Positions 19,291-28,229 of a DNA stretch of 32,000 nucleotides are shown here, piece after piece. Positions within the stretch are counted from its first letter, which is position 1; each line of letters starts with the position of its first letter. Source of the DNA: Nitrosococcus oceani ATCC 19707 (GTDB taxonomy: Bacteria > Pseudomonadota > Gammaproteobacteria > Nitrosococcales > Nitrosococcaceae); assembly GCF_000012805.1 (NCBI RefSeq), contig NC_007484.1, positions 150,001-182,000 on the forward strand, given 5' to 3'. The notes under the pieces were generated by a model. That model searched no databases. It saw only the letters and a program-made list of their open reading frames with translations, and had not been told where the DNA came from. Position numbers and translations under genes: made by a program.

Positions 19291-19908
19291 ATGCAAGAAG
19301 GTGAGAAGTTTAACAGTATCAGTCACCTCGTAGGCGCAGTAGCAGCACTCGCAGGTTTAGTGGTGCTGGTAGTGTTGGCAGCACGCCAGGGTGATCCATG
19401 GAAGATCGTCAGTTTCAGCATCTACGGCACGACCTTATTTTTATCTTATCTTGCTTCCACCCTTTATCATGGCTCCGAGGGTAAGATTAAGCATATCTTC
19501 CGCAAGCTTGATCATCATACCATTTACCTGCTGATTGCCGGAACTTACACTCCTTTCACTTTAGTCACGTTACATGGCCCCTGGGGCTGGTCGTTATTTG
19601 GCATTATTTGGGGGCTGGCTGTTTTTGGGATGGTGGTGGACTCTCTACCGCACAAGGGACATAGAATACTCCCCGTTGCTATTTATCTCCTGATGGGCTG
19701 GCTTGTTCTGGTCGCATTGGTTCCTCTATTGCAGGCCCTGCCTTTTGCAGGCTTTATTTGGCTTTTGGCGGGCGGGCTATTTTATACGGTTGGCGTTATT
19801 TTTTATGCTTTAGATAAGAAGTTATCCTATGCCCATGGTCTCTGGCATTTATTCGTATTGGCAGGTGGTCTCACCCACTATCTAGCGATATTCTTTTATG
19901 TAGTATAG
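19291..19908 (+). CDS. Hemolysin III / PAQR-family membrane protein
   Basis: 205 aa with 7 TM. Conserved motifs: EKFNSISH, STLYH, LDHHTIYLLIAGTYTPF, HGLWHLFVLAG. Confidence 0.88.
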   Translation: MQEGEKFNSISHLVGAVAALAGLVVLVVLAARQGDPWKIVSFSIYGTTLFLSYLASTLYHGSEGKIKHIFRKLDHHTIYLLIAGTYTPFTLVTLHGPWGWSLFGIIWGLAVFGMVVDSLPHKGHRILPVAIYLLMGWLVLVALVPLLQALPFAGFIWLLAGGLFYTVGVIFYALDKKLSYAHGLWHLFVLAGGLTHYLAIFFYVV

Positions 19909-20348
19909 GGTTTAGCTTTCTTCTCGCCTTGATTCCCCTGATTTCGTGTAACTTCTTTCTTTCATCTCTCTTGTACTTAAAGGGTTGGGACTAGGGCGTG
20001 TCGACAATTGAGCCCCATGAGCGATGCAGTGATTAGGATTATGCCAAAAGAAATTAGTGCTTTTCTTGTACTACCGGTGGGTGATGGCTAAGTCACGATG
20101 TGTAGCCTTCATGAATCCATTAACTCAATTGATAGCACGCCCCAGATTAAGGGATAATTTTAATTTCTAACTGTGTCGCCTACCGCTCCGATAACATCCC
20201 AGCCTGCTGAATTATTTTCTAGGCATACCAAAAGGGTTTTTATGGGCTACTAATGCCTGGAGACATCTGGCGCACTACTATCTTACGCACCCCTGCAGCA
20301 AGAAGAAAATATGAACGGTTCGAGAATTACTTCGAGAAAAATCGGCAC

Positions 20349-20367
20349 TAGCTGTTTAAAACAGCTA
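20349..20367. repeat. 19-bp perfect palindrome TAGCTGTTT-A-AAACAGCTA
   Basis: 9+1+9 symmetric, checked base by base. About 200 bp upstream of the spondin/CHRD gene start. Confidence 0.9.
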
Positions 20368-20498
20368 TAACTATTAATAATCCCGCAATGGGATAAGTCG
20401 GAGACGATCATTAGTAGGCTGGAATAGACCGATTAATAGCGGCTCTAGGGATGCCTAGTGGGAGCAGCGGCATAATGCGTGGGATTTGCTAAGTTTTA

Positions 20499-20512
20499 AT
20501 AGGCATGCCTAT
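20499..20512. repeat. 14-bp perfect palindrome ATAGGCATGCCTAT
   Basis: Self-complementary. Its half-site TAGGCAT recurs at 20220-20226 (+) and 20451-20457 (-). It lies 57 bp upstream of ATG 20569. Confidence 0.9.
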
Positions 20513-20568
20513 CCCAATAAAGCAGGCTAATGAAATTTTACTTTCTACCTTTGTGGAGAGGAAAGAAT

Positions 20569-22110
20569 ATGAAAAAATTTAACAGATCATCGAAACCTCT
20601 TTTTCCCCATGTGCTTCTAGCGCCGCTTGCGTTGAGCACGGGACTACTTGGCTTTGCTCCGTCAGCTCAGGCAGTTGAAGTCACCGTTACCATAGAAAAC
20701 ATTTCGCCATCCAGTGGACTGTTTTTAACGCCGGTCTGGGTTGGGTTTCATGATGGCAACTTCGATATCTATGATCTGAACACCCCCGCTTCCTCGGCGC
20801 TGGAACAGCTGGCCGAGGACGGTAATAATGCCCCCTTAAGCGCGGAATTTACCGCCAGTGTGCCTAATGGCCTGGATGCCACGATTGCCGATCCAAGTGG
20901 GATCCCAGGCCCCCTTGACCCAGGCAGCAGAGTTAGCGAAACATTTGATTTGAGTGCGGACAACCACCGTTTCTTTAGCTATGCGACCATGGTGATCCCC
21001 TCCAACGACGCTTTCATTGCTAATGCTAACCCCCAAGCCCATGAACTATTTGACGCCGGGGGGAGTTTCACCGGCCCGATTAGTTTCACCGTCTTAGGGA
21101 CGCAGGTGAGGGATGCGGGAACGGAGGCCAATACAGAAACGGATGCGGCCTTCTTCGACCAGACAACTCCGGATAGCGGCACTTCTAGTACCGATCCCGT
21201 TTTGGTGCATCCTGGCTTTAATGGTTCATCTGGCAATCCCGGAGCTGTGCCCGTGAATATTCTTGGCGGCACTTCAAACGATGGGGTTTTCTTTGATTCC
21301 TTAGCGGCTGATTTTACCCAACCAAGCTATACCTTGGCTCGTATTACCATTACCGGCCCTGGAGATAAACTTTTTAATTTTGTCCTTGACGGCAACCAGG
21401 AAGTACCGCCTGTGGACACTCCAGCAAATGGAAGCTGCGTTGGGATTCTGAATAAGGATGAGACCGCCTTTACAGCTAATTGTCACCATACCGTCCAGGA
21501 CGTGACAGTGGCTCACATTCACGAAGCGCCCGCTGGCGTGAACGGAGGTGTTATCTTCCCCTTTGCTTCTGCGGAAAGCCCCATTCAAGAAACTTTCAAT
21601 TTTACAGCCGAGGACGTGGCTACCCTCATAGCCGGAAATTTCTACGTTAACGTCCATTCTGGAGATTTTCCCGGTGGGGAAGTTCGTGGCCAAATAGCAG
21701 CGCCTTTAAAGGGCAGTTTTAGCGGTTCCTGGTTCAATCCGAACCGAAGTGGGGAAGGTTTTCTCCTGGAAGTCACCAATAGCGATGATCCCACCCTGGT
21801 AGCCACCTGGTTTACCTATCCGCCTAGCGGCGATAGCGGAGCACAGGCGTGGTTGGTAGGCAGTGGGCCAATTAGGCTGAATGAGAGTATCATCACCAAT
21901 ACTGTCATCACGGAAGGAGCCGCGTTTGGAGATGATTTTGACCCTTCAGCCGTCAACCGGATTCCCTGGGGAACGCTGAAATTCACTTTCACCTCATGCA
22001 CCACTGGGATCGTGGAATATGATTCGGTTAGAGAAGATTTTGGATCGGGCACATTTCACATCCAGCGTCTTACCCCGCCCCTCATTGGGCAAGAAGAGGA
22101 TTGTCCCTAA
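20569..22110 (+). CDS. Secreted spondin_N + CHRD domain protein with extra C-terminal domain
   Basis: I place the start at ATG 20569 (MKKFNRSS..., signal peptide ending SAQA, GGAGAGGAAAG upstream). The N-terminal region resembles a spondin_N domain (VTVTIENISPSSGLFLTPVWVGFHDG, VIPSNDAFI). The central region looks like CHRD (LDGNQEVPPVDTPANG, AHIHEAPAGVNGGV, FYVNVHSGDFPGGEVRGQI). The C-terminal 130 aa or so (WFNPNRSGEGFLLEV, ATWFTY) is a separate module. Confidence 0.75.
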   Translation: MKKFNRSSKPLFPHVLLAPLALSTGLLGFAPSAQAVEVTVTIENISPSSGLFLTPVWVGFHDGNFDIYDLNTPASSALEQLAEDGNNAPLSAEFTASVPNGLDATIADPSGIPGPLDPGSRVSETFDLSADNHRFFSYATMVIPSNDAFIANANPQAHELFDAGGSFTGPISFTVLGTQVRDAGTEANTETDAAFFDQTTPDSGTSSTDPVLVHPGFNGSSGNPGAVPVNILGGTSNDGVFFDSLAADFTQPSYTLARITITGPGDKLFNFVLDGNQEVPPVDTPANGSCVGILNKDETAFTANCHHTVQDVTVAHIHEAPAGVNGGVIFPFASAESPIQETFNFTAEDVATLIAGNFYVNVHSGDFPGGEVRGQIAAPLKGSFSGSWFNPNRSGEGFLLEVTNSDDPTLVATWFTYPPSGDSGAQAWLVGSGPIRLNESIITNTVITEGAAFGDDFDPSAVNRIPWGTLKFTFTSCTTGIVEYDSVREDFGSGTFHIQRLTPPLIGQEEDCP

Positions 22111-22386
22111 AGGAGCGAGATAGGGATAGCCATGATTTAAGCATAGAATAAAAGGAGCAAACCAATAAGGCGTGCTGGGAGGAATCGCTTATAGTAGCTT
22201 AATTGAAGCAGCCTCCTCCTGCCTAGGTAAAAGGATTGCTTTAACCTCTTTAGGGTGATACGTTTCTTCATAGCGAATTCCTGCGCCCGTAGTATTGCCT
22301 GGTGTCGCAATCAATGCGGCCAATGATAGGCGGGCTCGCTATGAACACCCCCTTAAGATCCGTCTTAACTTTCCGAATATAAGGTA

Positions 22387-23655
22387 ATGGATATACTTAA
22401 TATTGCCACTACGCTGATTGTGCTGGCCGCATTCTTTGGCTATTTAAATGCCCGATTTTTAAAATTTCCGGATGCTATTGGGCTGATGCTCATTGCTATT
22501 CTGTTCTCCGCAGCCACAATAATGGCCGGTAGCATTTTTCCCGATATTCTTGAATTCGAGAAAGAACTGGTTACGCAAATAGACTTTAAGGAAATCTTGC
22601 TTGATGGTTTTTTGAGTATCATTCTTTTTGCCGGCGCCTTACACACTGATCTAAATTTACTTAGGACCATGCGCGGTCCTATTCTGATGTTTGCCACGTT
22701 AGGGGTGCTGCTCTCCACCTTCTTGGTGGCTGGAATGATGTTTGTCGGTTTTCAGGGGTTGGGTTTAGATGTTCCCTTTATTCATTGTTTATTGTTTGGC
22801 GCCCTCATTTCTCCAACTGATCCCATTGCGGTTTTGGGGATTTTGAAAAATGCTGGAGTATCCAAGGCATTGGAAATAAAAATAGTAGGAGAAAGCTTGT
22901 TCAATGATGGTATTGGAGTGGTGATATTTCTGACTATTTTCAGCATTGCTTTCCTTGGTAACGGAGAAATAAGTAGCGTTGATATTGCGCTATTGTTTTT
23001 TAAAGAGGTGGGCGGCGGTATTTTGCTGGGGTTTGGCCTGGGTTATCTTGCTTATTTTTTGATGAAATCTATTGACAGCTACCAAGTAGAAGTTCTGATT
23101 ACCCTCGCCATCGTCCTTGGGGGTTATTGGTTGGCGCGCTACCTCCACTTTTCTGGTCCGCTTGCTATGGTTGTCGCAGGACTTATGATTGGCCATGAAC
23201 GCTTTCGCTCCAGTGGTATGTCCAACATCACAGAGACTTACGTGGATAAATTTTGGGAATTACTCGACTTATCATTCAATGCCATCCTTTTTGTATTGAT
23301 TGGTCTAGAGCTGACAATCATTTCTCTTGACGGCGAGTATCTGCTGGCAGGATTGCTGGCTATACCTGTCGTATTGCTAGCGCGCTATATGGCACTATTT
23401 TTTCCCATCCGCCTCTTTAAAAGACGCCTTGGGCTGGCTCCTCAAACAGGGATAATGATGACCTGGGGTGGTTTGCGCGGAGGCATCTCTATTGCACTAG
23501 CCTTGTCGCTCACTGCTTCCATGTCCCGTGAGCTACTTATTACGGTATGTTATATCGTGGTGGTGTTCTCTATTATAGTGCAAGGATTGAGCGTTGGGGG
23601 TTTGGCTAGGAAATACCGCAAGCGTTTAGAAGCCGCTGGACAACCTGCGGATTAG
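22387..23655 (+). CDS. CPA1-family Na+/H+ (cation:proton) antiporter
   Basis: 422 aa with about 11-12 TM. Conserved motifs: LFGALISPTDPIAVLGIL, GESLFNDGIGVVIF, WGGLRGGISIALAL. Confidence 0.87.
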   Translation: MDILNIATTLIVLAAFFGYLNARFLKFPDAIGLMLIAILFSAATIMAGSIFPDILEFEKELVTQIDFKEILLDGFLSIILFAGALHTDLNLLRTMRGPILMFATLGVLLSTFLVAGMMFVGFQGLGLDVPFIHCLLFGALISPTDPIAVLGILKNAGVSKALEIKIVGESLFNDGIGVVIFLTIFSIAFLGNGEISSVDIALLFFKEVGGGILLGFGLGYLAYFLMKSIDSYQVEVLITLAIVLGGYWLARYLHFSGPLAMVVAGLMIGHERFRSSGMSNITETYVDKFWELLDLSFNAILFVLIGLELTIISLDGEYLLAGLLAIPVVLLARYMALFFPIRLFKRRLGLAPQTGIMMTWGGLRGGISIALALSLTASMSRELLITVCYIVVVFSIIVQGLSVGGLARKYRKRLEAAGQPAD

Positions 23656-23811
23656 GCGTCATTGGATGGACCAAGTTGTATGGACTGTCAGTAAGCTACG
23701 AAAAACTTAATCAATCAATGGATTTTTATGGCTTGCGTTTAAGCTTAGCAGGGAAGTAGAAGGCAGAAACGAGTAGAAATTTATTTCTAATTATCTCGAA
23801 GGAAAAATAGC

Positions 23812-26800
23812 CTATTGCTCAGGCTGGTTTGAAAGCAGATCTAGCAGGAGGCGGCTAAAATCCTTAACCATCCCTTCATCATGGAGTAATTGGGCCGCCA
23901 TTTCATGGTGATTTTTTAAATTTTCCATTACGGTATGCTGCACTATCTGGGAGAAATCACTCGATGGGATGGGGTTCGGCCGCTGATCTTCCAGCTGAGC
24001 CGCTAGTGCCGGATTTTCAAGCAGCTTATCCTTGATAGCGTGTAAATAGTTTAATCGATCTCTGTCGCTGAGATATTCGCCTGCCAAGAGCGGCTTAAGG
24101 CGATTGATAAGAAGAGAACAGGACGCCTCTTTTCTCCAGGGATTTGCCCGCGATTCTCCGGTGGTGTTGTACGCGGGCTCTCCCAGAGATTCTTGTCGGG
24201 CTGCTTTGAATGTTCGTTCACAAATTTTATTCAGCCGGTAAGAGATGAATTCTCGCGGGGGTGAATCAATAGCTTCGCTCTGCTGCATCTCACCCAGGAG
24301 AGAGTATAGGTGGCGGGCATAGACATTGAGTTTTTCTAGTTCTTGATTGCCATAGTCTAGGATCTGGGAAAGATGTTCATAGCAATCAGCAAAGCTGAGC
24401 AGATTTTCTTTGAATCGGTCCAAGGCATTTTTTCTTTCCTCGGCCTGTTTAAAACTGTGGCAAGCATTCTCTCTGCGTATCCTGTCGCCGGCAGCTGTTG
24501 CTTCCTGTTTGGCTTGTTGGGCGGTCTGGATAATTTTTATGTTTTCCTGATACTGCTCCCGGAAACGTTCCACCGCGGATTGGCAATGATAGTTTAGGCG
24601 CTCTGTGGTTTGCTCGGTATCGAAAAAGGCGGCAGCAAAGGACTCCACATCTTGCCAATTGTAAATGCGTGCCTCATCCAGATAAGATTGAAGCTGGTAA
24701 ATTAATTTAGGATCAGAGACAGAAAAAATCTCTGCGGCAGGATGATAGGGCCGGAAGGCATGCAGTACTTGCTCGGCGGGGTTAGCAAAGTCGAGAATAA
24801 AGGGCGCCTCTTTGCCGGGGTGGATCTCGCCCAGGTGGGATAGCGTTTGAACGCAATCGGTACCGGTAAATTTTTTATCTATATACAGGGCGCAGAGCTG
24901 GGATGATGAGAATTTCGCCTGATGTTTGTGAGCGCCAATGATCACCTGATGATCATTGGTTAGAGTCTGGACGTCCTGATACTGCTGAGCAGCGATGTAG
25001 CGTTCAAAAGTCCGTTGGTAACGTTGCGCGGCTTGGCAGGAATGGGTGGTGAGTATGGCTTTGGCTTGGCCATTCATCAGGTGAACCACTTGGTGGCGGA
25101 AATGTTCGGTGATTATCTCGGCTTTTTGTACGATATTGAGGTTGTCAGGGGACTGCCCCATCCAAGGGAAAATACGGCAGGAAAGATTTTCTTCTTGATT
25201 GAGTGAAAGTTGCTGCTGGGCCAGTCTGGCGGCCGTGACGTAAGTCATATAGCGTTTGAGCGGGTTGAGCATGAAGCCTTCTTCAATGGCCTGTTGTAGA
25301 GTATAGTGATGGAAAGGCTCGGGTTGGTTGTTATCAGAGAAAGGAAGCGCCGGGCTAGTCGGTTGTCCAAATAACGCCAGGGTTTTCTCTTGAGGAGCAG
25401 CCGTGAAGAGAAAATAGCTGATATGGGGCGAGGGGGGACTGTTTGTTAGGGAGGTGATCAAAAGATCTTCAGTATTGGTTGTAATCTCCTTTTGTGCCGA
25501 CTCAGATAACAGCACTTCCCCTAGCCTAGAGAACAGACTTCTGCTGGTAGGAAAAGGAGCCTGGTGAGCAATAACAGCGAAAGTATGTTCCTTAAAAATA
25601 ACTTGGTTTTGGATGAGGGCCAACACGGAAGGAAAGGCTTGGGGCGTAACCGTGATAATGTGGATGCCGGCTGCCGCCAATGTTGCTGCTAACCATTCGG
25701 CTTGGCAGTTTTGAGCAATTTCTTGAGTAAGCCGGTATATCTGTTTTCTCTCATACTTAGGTGAGTAGAGTGTGTTCTGGAGCTGGGCGTGGAATTCATG
25801 GCAGTCGGTGACCACGATGACCCCGGTAAAAATTTTCTGATGCTTCCTGTCAGCTAATGCAGCTACATGGTGGGCAGTCCAAGCAATAGAATAGCGTTGC
25901 CCCGAACCAGCGCCGTGTTGAATGAGATACTGCTGCCCTGGCCCTTCCTGGCGGACGGCCCCTGCTAATTGGGTAACCATCTCCCATTGATGAAAGCGGG
26001 GGAAGACCAGTGTTTCCGAGGGGAATTCTTTTTCTTCTTTCCAGGCAGCGTTTTTTCTCTCGAAATGGATAAATTGACCTAGCAGATCAAGCCAGGTGTC
26101 GCACTCAAAAATTTTTTGCCATAGATAATCCGTAGGGTAACCTGCTGGATTGGGAGGATTACCAGCGCCACCTTTATGGCCTTGATTGAAAGGCGTGAAA
26201 TGGGTTGCCAGACCTTGTAAGCGGGTGCTTACCCAAACTTCTTCCTGGCTGACGGCAAAATGTACTAGGGCGCGTTTTCTAAAGGCCAGCAGCGGTTCTT
26301 CATGGCCCATACGGGGATCGTGAGGGGGACAATCCCGTTGGTATTGACGGATGATAGCAGAGAGGGAGGGCTGGGATTCCGAGGTCGCTTTTAAAGTAGC
26401 TACCGGCACCCCGTTAACAAAAAATACCAGATCGAGGTAGGGAATGTAGTCTTCGTGAGTATAGGGAGAATAAGACAGGTTAGGCACCACCCGCAGCCGG
26501 TTTTTTTTATAGCGGGCCAGGGTTCCCGAATGGAATTCCTGGTAGGAGTGAAACTGGCAGAGGCTAATATCATTCTCCTGTTCCTTAAAACCATGCCGTA
26601 GCACCTCTAAGGCTCCGCGCTGGTCCATTTCTTCAGCCGCCCGCCTAAGAAGTATTTGGACGGCTTGATCGGGAGCGTCCTGGATAAGTTTTGGCAGCGG
26701 TTGGGAATGGCACTCCCGGATAAAGCCGATAAGATCTTCCGGGTACAGGGCCAAGACGGGATCGTAAAGCTCTGCTTTTCCCTTCTGCCAGCCATGACTA

Positions 26801-26919
26801 AGGAGGTGATCAATAATGACTTGTTGAAGCGCCGTTTTCTGGACCTTATCCATAGCAATATTCGGCGGGCTATTCTGGGTAGGCATGAGATTTAGCTCTA
26901 ACTCTCCAGTAGCCCTCAT
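23812..26919 (-). CDS. HsdR-family (type I restriction R-subunit-like) protein with substituted nuclease and helicase motifs
   Basis: 1035-aa uninterrupted ORF. It resembles HsdR along its whole length (LQQVIIDHLLSHGW, LDLVFFVNGVPV, FTPFNQG..GGAGNPPNPAGYPTDYLW, LIQHGAGSG, YFLFTAAP, QQAIEEGFMLNPL, LYIDKKF..QTLS). The Walker A Lys, Walker B DE, nuclease Glu and motif VI Arg positions are all replaced (see findings). The start codon is uncertain (ATG 26919, 26886 or 26853). Confidence 0.7.
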   Translation of the reverse strand: MRATGELELNLMPTQNSPPNIAMDKVQKTALQQVIIDHLLSHGWQKGKAELYDPVLALYPEDLIGFIRECHSQPLPKLIQDAPDQAVQILLRRAAEEMDQRGALEVLRHGFKEQENDISLCQFHSYQEFHSGTLARYKKNRLRVVPNLSYSPYTHEDYIPYLDLVFFVNGVPVATLKATSESQPSLSAIIRQYQRDCPPHDPRMGHEEPLLAFRKRALVHFAVSQEEVWVSTRLQGLATHFTPFNQGHKGGAGNPPNPAGYPTDYLWQKIFECDTWLDLLGQFIHFERKNAAWKEEKEFPSETLVFPRFHQWEMVTQLAGAVRQEGPGQQYLIQHGAGSGQRYSIAWTAHHVAALADRKHQKIFTGVIVVTDCHEFHAQLQNTLYSPKYERKQIYRLTQEIAQNCQAEWLAATLAAAGIHIITVTPQAFPSVLALIQNQVIFKEHTFAVIAHQAPFPTSRSLFSRLGEVLLSESAQKEITTNTEDLLITSLTNSPPSPHISYFLFTAAPQEKTLALFGQPTSPALPFSDNNQPEPFHHYTLQQAIEEGFMLNPLKRYMTYVTAARLAQQQLSLNQEENLSCRIFPWMGQSPDNLNIVQKAEIITEHFRHQVVHLMNGQAKAILTTHSCQAAQRYQRTFERYIAAQQYQDVQTLTNDHQVIIGAHKHQAKFSSSQLCALYIDKKFTGTDCVQTLSHLGEIHPGKEAPFILDFANPAEQVLHAFRPYHPAAEIFSVSDPKLIYQLQSYLDEARIYNWQDVESFAAAFFDTEQTTERLNYHCQSAVERFREQYQENIKIIQTAQQAKQEATAAGDRIRRENACHSFKQAEERKNALDRFKENLLSFADCYEHLSQILDYGNQELEKLNVYARHLYSLLGEMQQSEAIDSPPREFISYRLNKICERTFKAARQESLGEPAYNTTGESRANPWRKEASCSLLINRLKPLLAGEYLSDRDRLNYLHAIKDKLLENPALAAQLEDQRPNPIPSSDFSQIVQHTVMENLKNHHEMAAQLLHDEGMVKDFSRLLLDLLSNQPEQ

Positions 26920-26948
26920 ACCCGTATCCGCTGGAATAGCGCGGGAGG

Positions 26949-28229
26949 TTACTCTTCGCCATCGGAATAGTCGAGCATTTCAGTTTTGGTAGCGACATGT
27001 TCGGGGAGCTCCTCGATAGGCCCCGGTTTATCAGCTTTAATTCCGATATGATAGGCGGCGTAACCAGGTATCGTCACCTGATTAAGGGCCATGCCCAGGA
27101 GTTGGCCATGATAAGGTGACACGATAGGTATCTGTTGATTGGTAATCGGATTAGTTATGATGCCTAATTGCTGCCCTGCCTTAATCGGATCGCCGAGTTC
27201 GACTTCAGAGAGTAGAATCCCGGCCTGGTGGGTCCGTATCCACTTAGTTTGGTGGAACACGGCTTCTGGAGCCGATTTTGTTTCGCCTTCATCTACCATG
27301 CCTAATTCGTTCATCAGGTTTTTTATTCCTTTTAAACCTTGGTGAACTTCCTGGAGTTGCAGGCGTTTAGGCTCTCCAGCTTCAAGGGTAATACTGGGAA
27401 TGTCCCTATCCATGGCGGCCCGCCGTAGTGTTCCGGAGACGCCTTTACTGTGAACGACGGCAACGCCACCAAAACTACGAGCTAATTTTAGGATATTGGG
27501 ATGATTTAAATCTGCTCGCACTTGGGGCAGATTAGTCCGATGAAAAGAACCGGTGTGCAGGTCTACTAAGACATCGCAGTGGGTAATCACCTGTTGGAAA
27601 AAAGAATGGGCAATACGAGCGGCCGAACTGCCTTCGGGACTTCCAGGGAAATGCCGATTCAGATCCCGCCGATCAGGCAAATAACGGGAACTGCGGCGAT
27701 AGCCATACATATTGACAATAGGCACGCCAATCACAGCACCGTTAAGCTGGGAGGATTTAAGCGCGGCAATCGTTTGATGGACCATCGCAATGCCATTGAT
27801 CTCATCGCCATGGACCGCAGCGGTGAGGCAAAGCGTCGGCCCTGGGTGGCTACCATTCACCACTAATATTGGCGCGGAGACAGGGATGCCTTCAAAGGTG
27901 TGGCTCAGGGTCCAGGAGAGTCGTTTTTTTACACCGGGGTTGATGGTTTCCCCGAGCAATTGCAAGGGCTCCTGGGTGGCGGCCTTGCCCTGAATGGTGG
28001 CGCTACCCTCGGAAGGAAGGTTTTTTGGGGAGTCTGGCTCTACCCGCTTCAAACTGCGGGAGATTTGAATGCTAGAGGCCGCGTCTTCTTGTTGTGCCTC
28101 TAGGGCTGCCGCTACGGTTGGCAGGATTAGCAGTAGCTGACTAGAAAATAATAGTCTGCATAGGCAATGATGGACATATTTTTTTGGGTGCTGAAATATC
28201 CGGCTATGGGGTTTGGTGTAGTCTTTCAT
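26949..28229 (-). CDS. Succinylglutamate desuccinylase/aspartoacylase (AstE/AspA, M14-like) family zinc hydrolase, probably exported
   Basis: 426 aa. A basic N-terminus is followed by the hydrophobic LLFSSQLLLILPTVAAALEA (signal/anchor). Zinc and catalytic positions look intact (AAVHGDEINGI, VLVDLHTG, ITLEAGEP). C-terminal lipoyl-like hairpin GDPIKAGQQLGII. The stop lies 29 nt upstream of the HsdR-like ORF. Confidence 0.8.
   Translation of the reverse strand: MKDYTKPHSRIFQHPKKYVHHCLCRLLFSSQLLLILPTVAAALEAQQEDAASSIQISRSLKRVEPDSPKNLPSEGSATIQGKAATQEPLQLLGETINPGVKKRLSWTLSHTFEGIPVSAPILVVNGSHPGPTLCLTAAVHGDEINGIAMVHQTIAALKSSQLNGAVIGVPIVNMYGYRRSSRYLPDRRDLNRHFPGSPEGSSAARIAHSFFQQVITHCDVLVDLHTGSFHRTNLPQVRADLNHPNILKLARSFGGVAVVHSKGVSGTLRRAAMDRDIPSITLEAGEPKRLQLQEVHQGLKGIKNLMNELGMVDEGETKSAPEAVFHQTKWIRTHQAGILLSEVELGDPIKAGQQLGIITNPITNQQIPIVSPYHGQLLGMALNQVTIPGYAAYHIGIKADKPGPIEELPEHVATKTEMLDYSDGEE

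Noticed and set aside
21301-21693. 130-aa minus-strand ORF and neighbours (20769-21272, 21816-22052) inside the spondin/CHRD gene
   Set aside because: They are antisense to a frame with clear signal peptide and domain motifs, so they are shadow ORFs.
23656-23811. Bidirectional terminator between the convergent antiporter and HsdR-like genes
   Set aside because: The only structure is TAGAAAT-TT-ATTTCTA, an AT-only 7-bp stem with a 2-nt loop. It is too weak to call.
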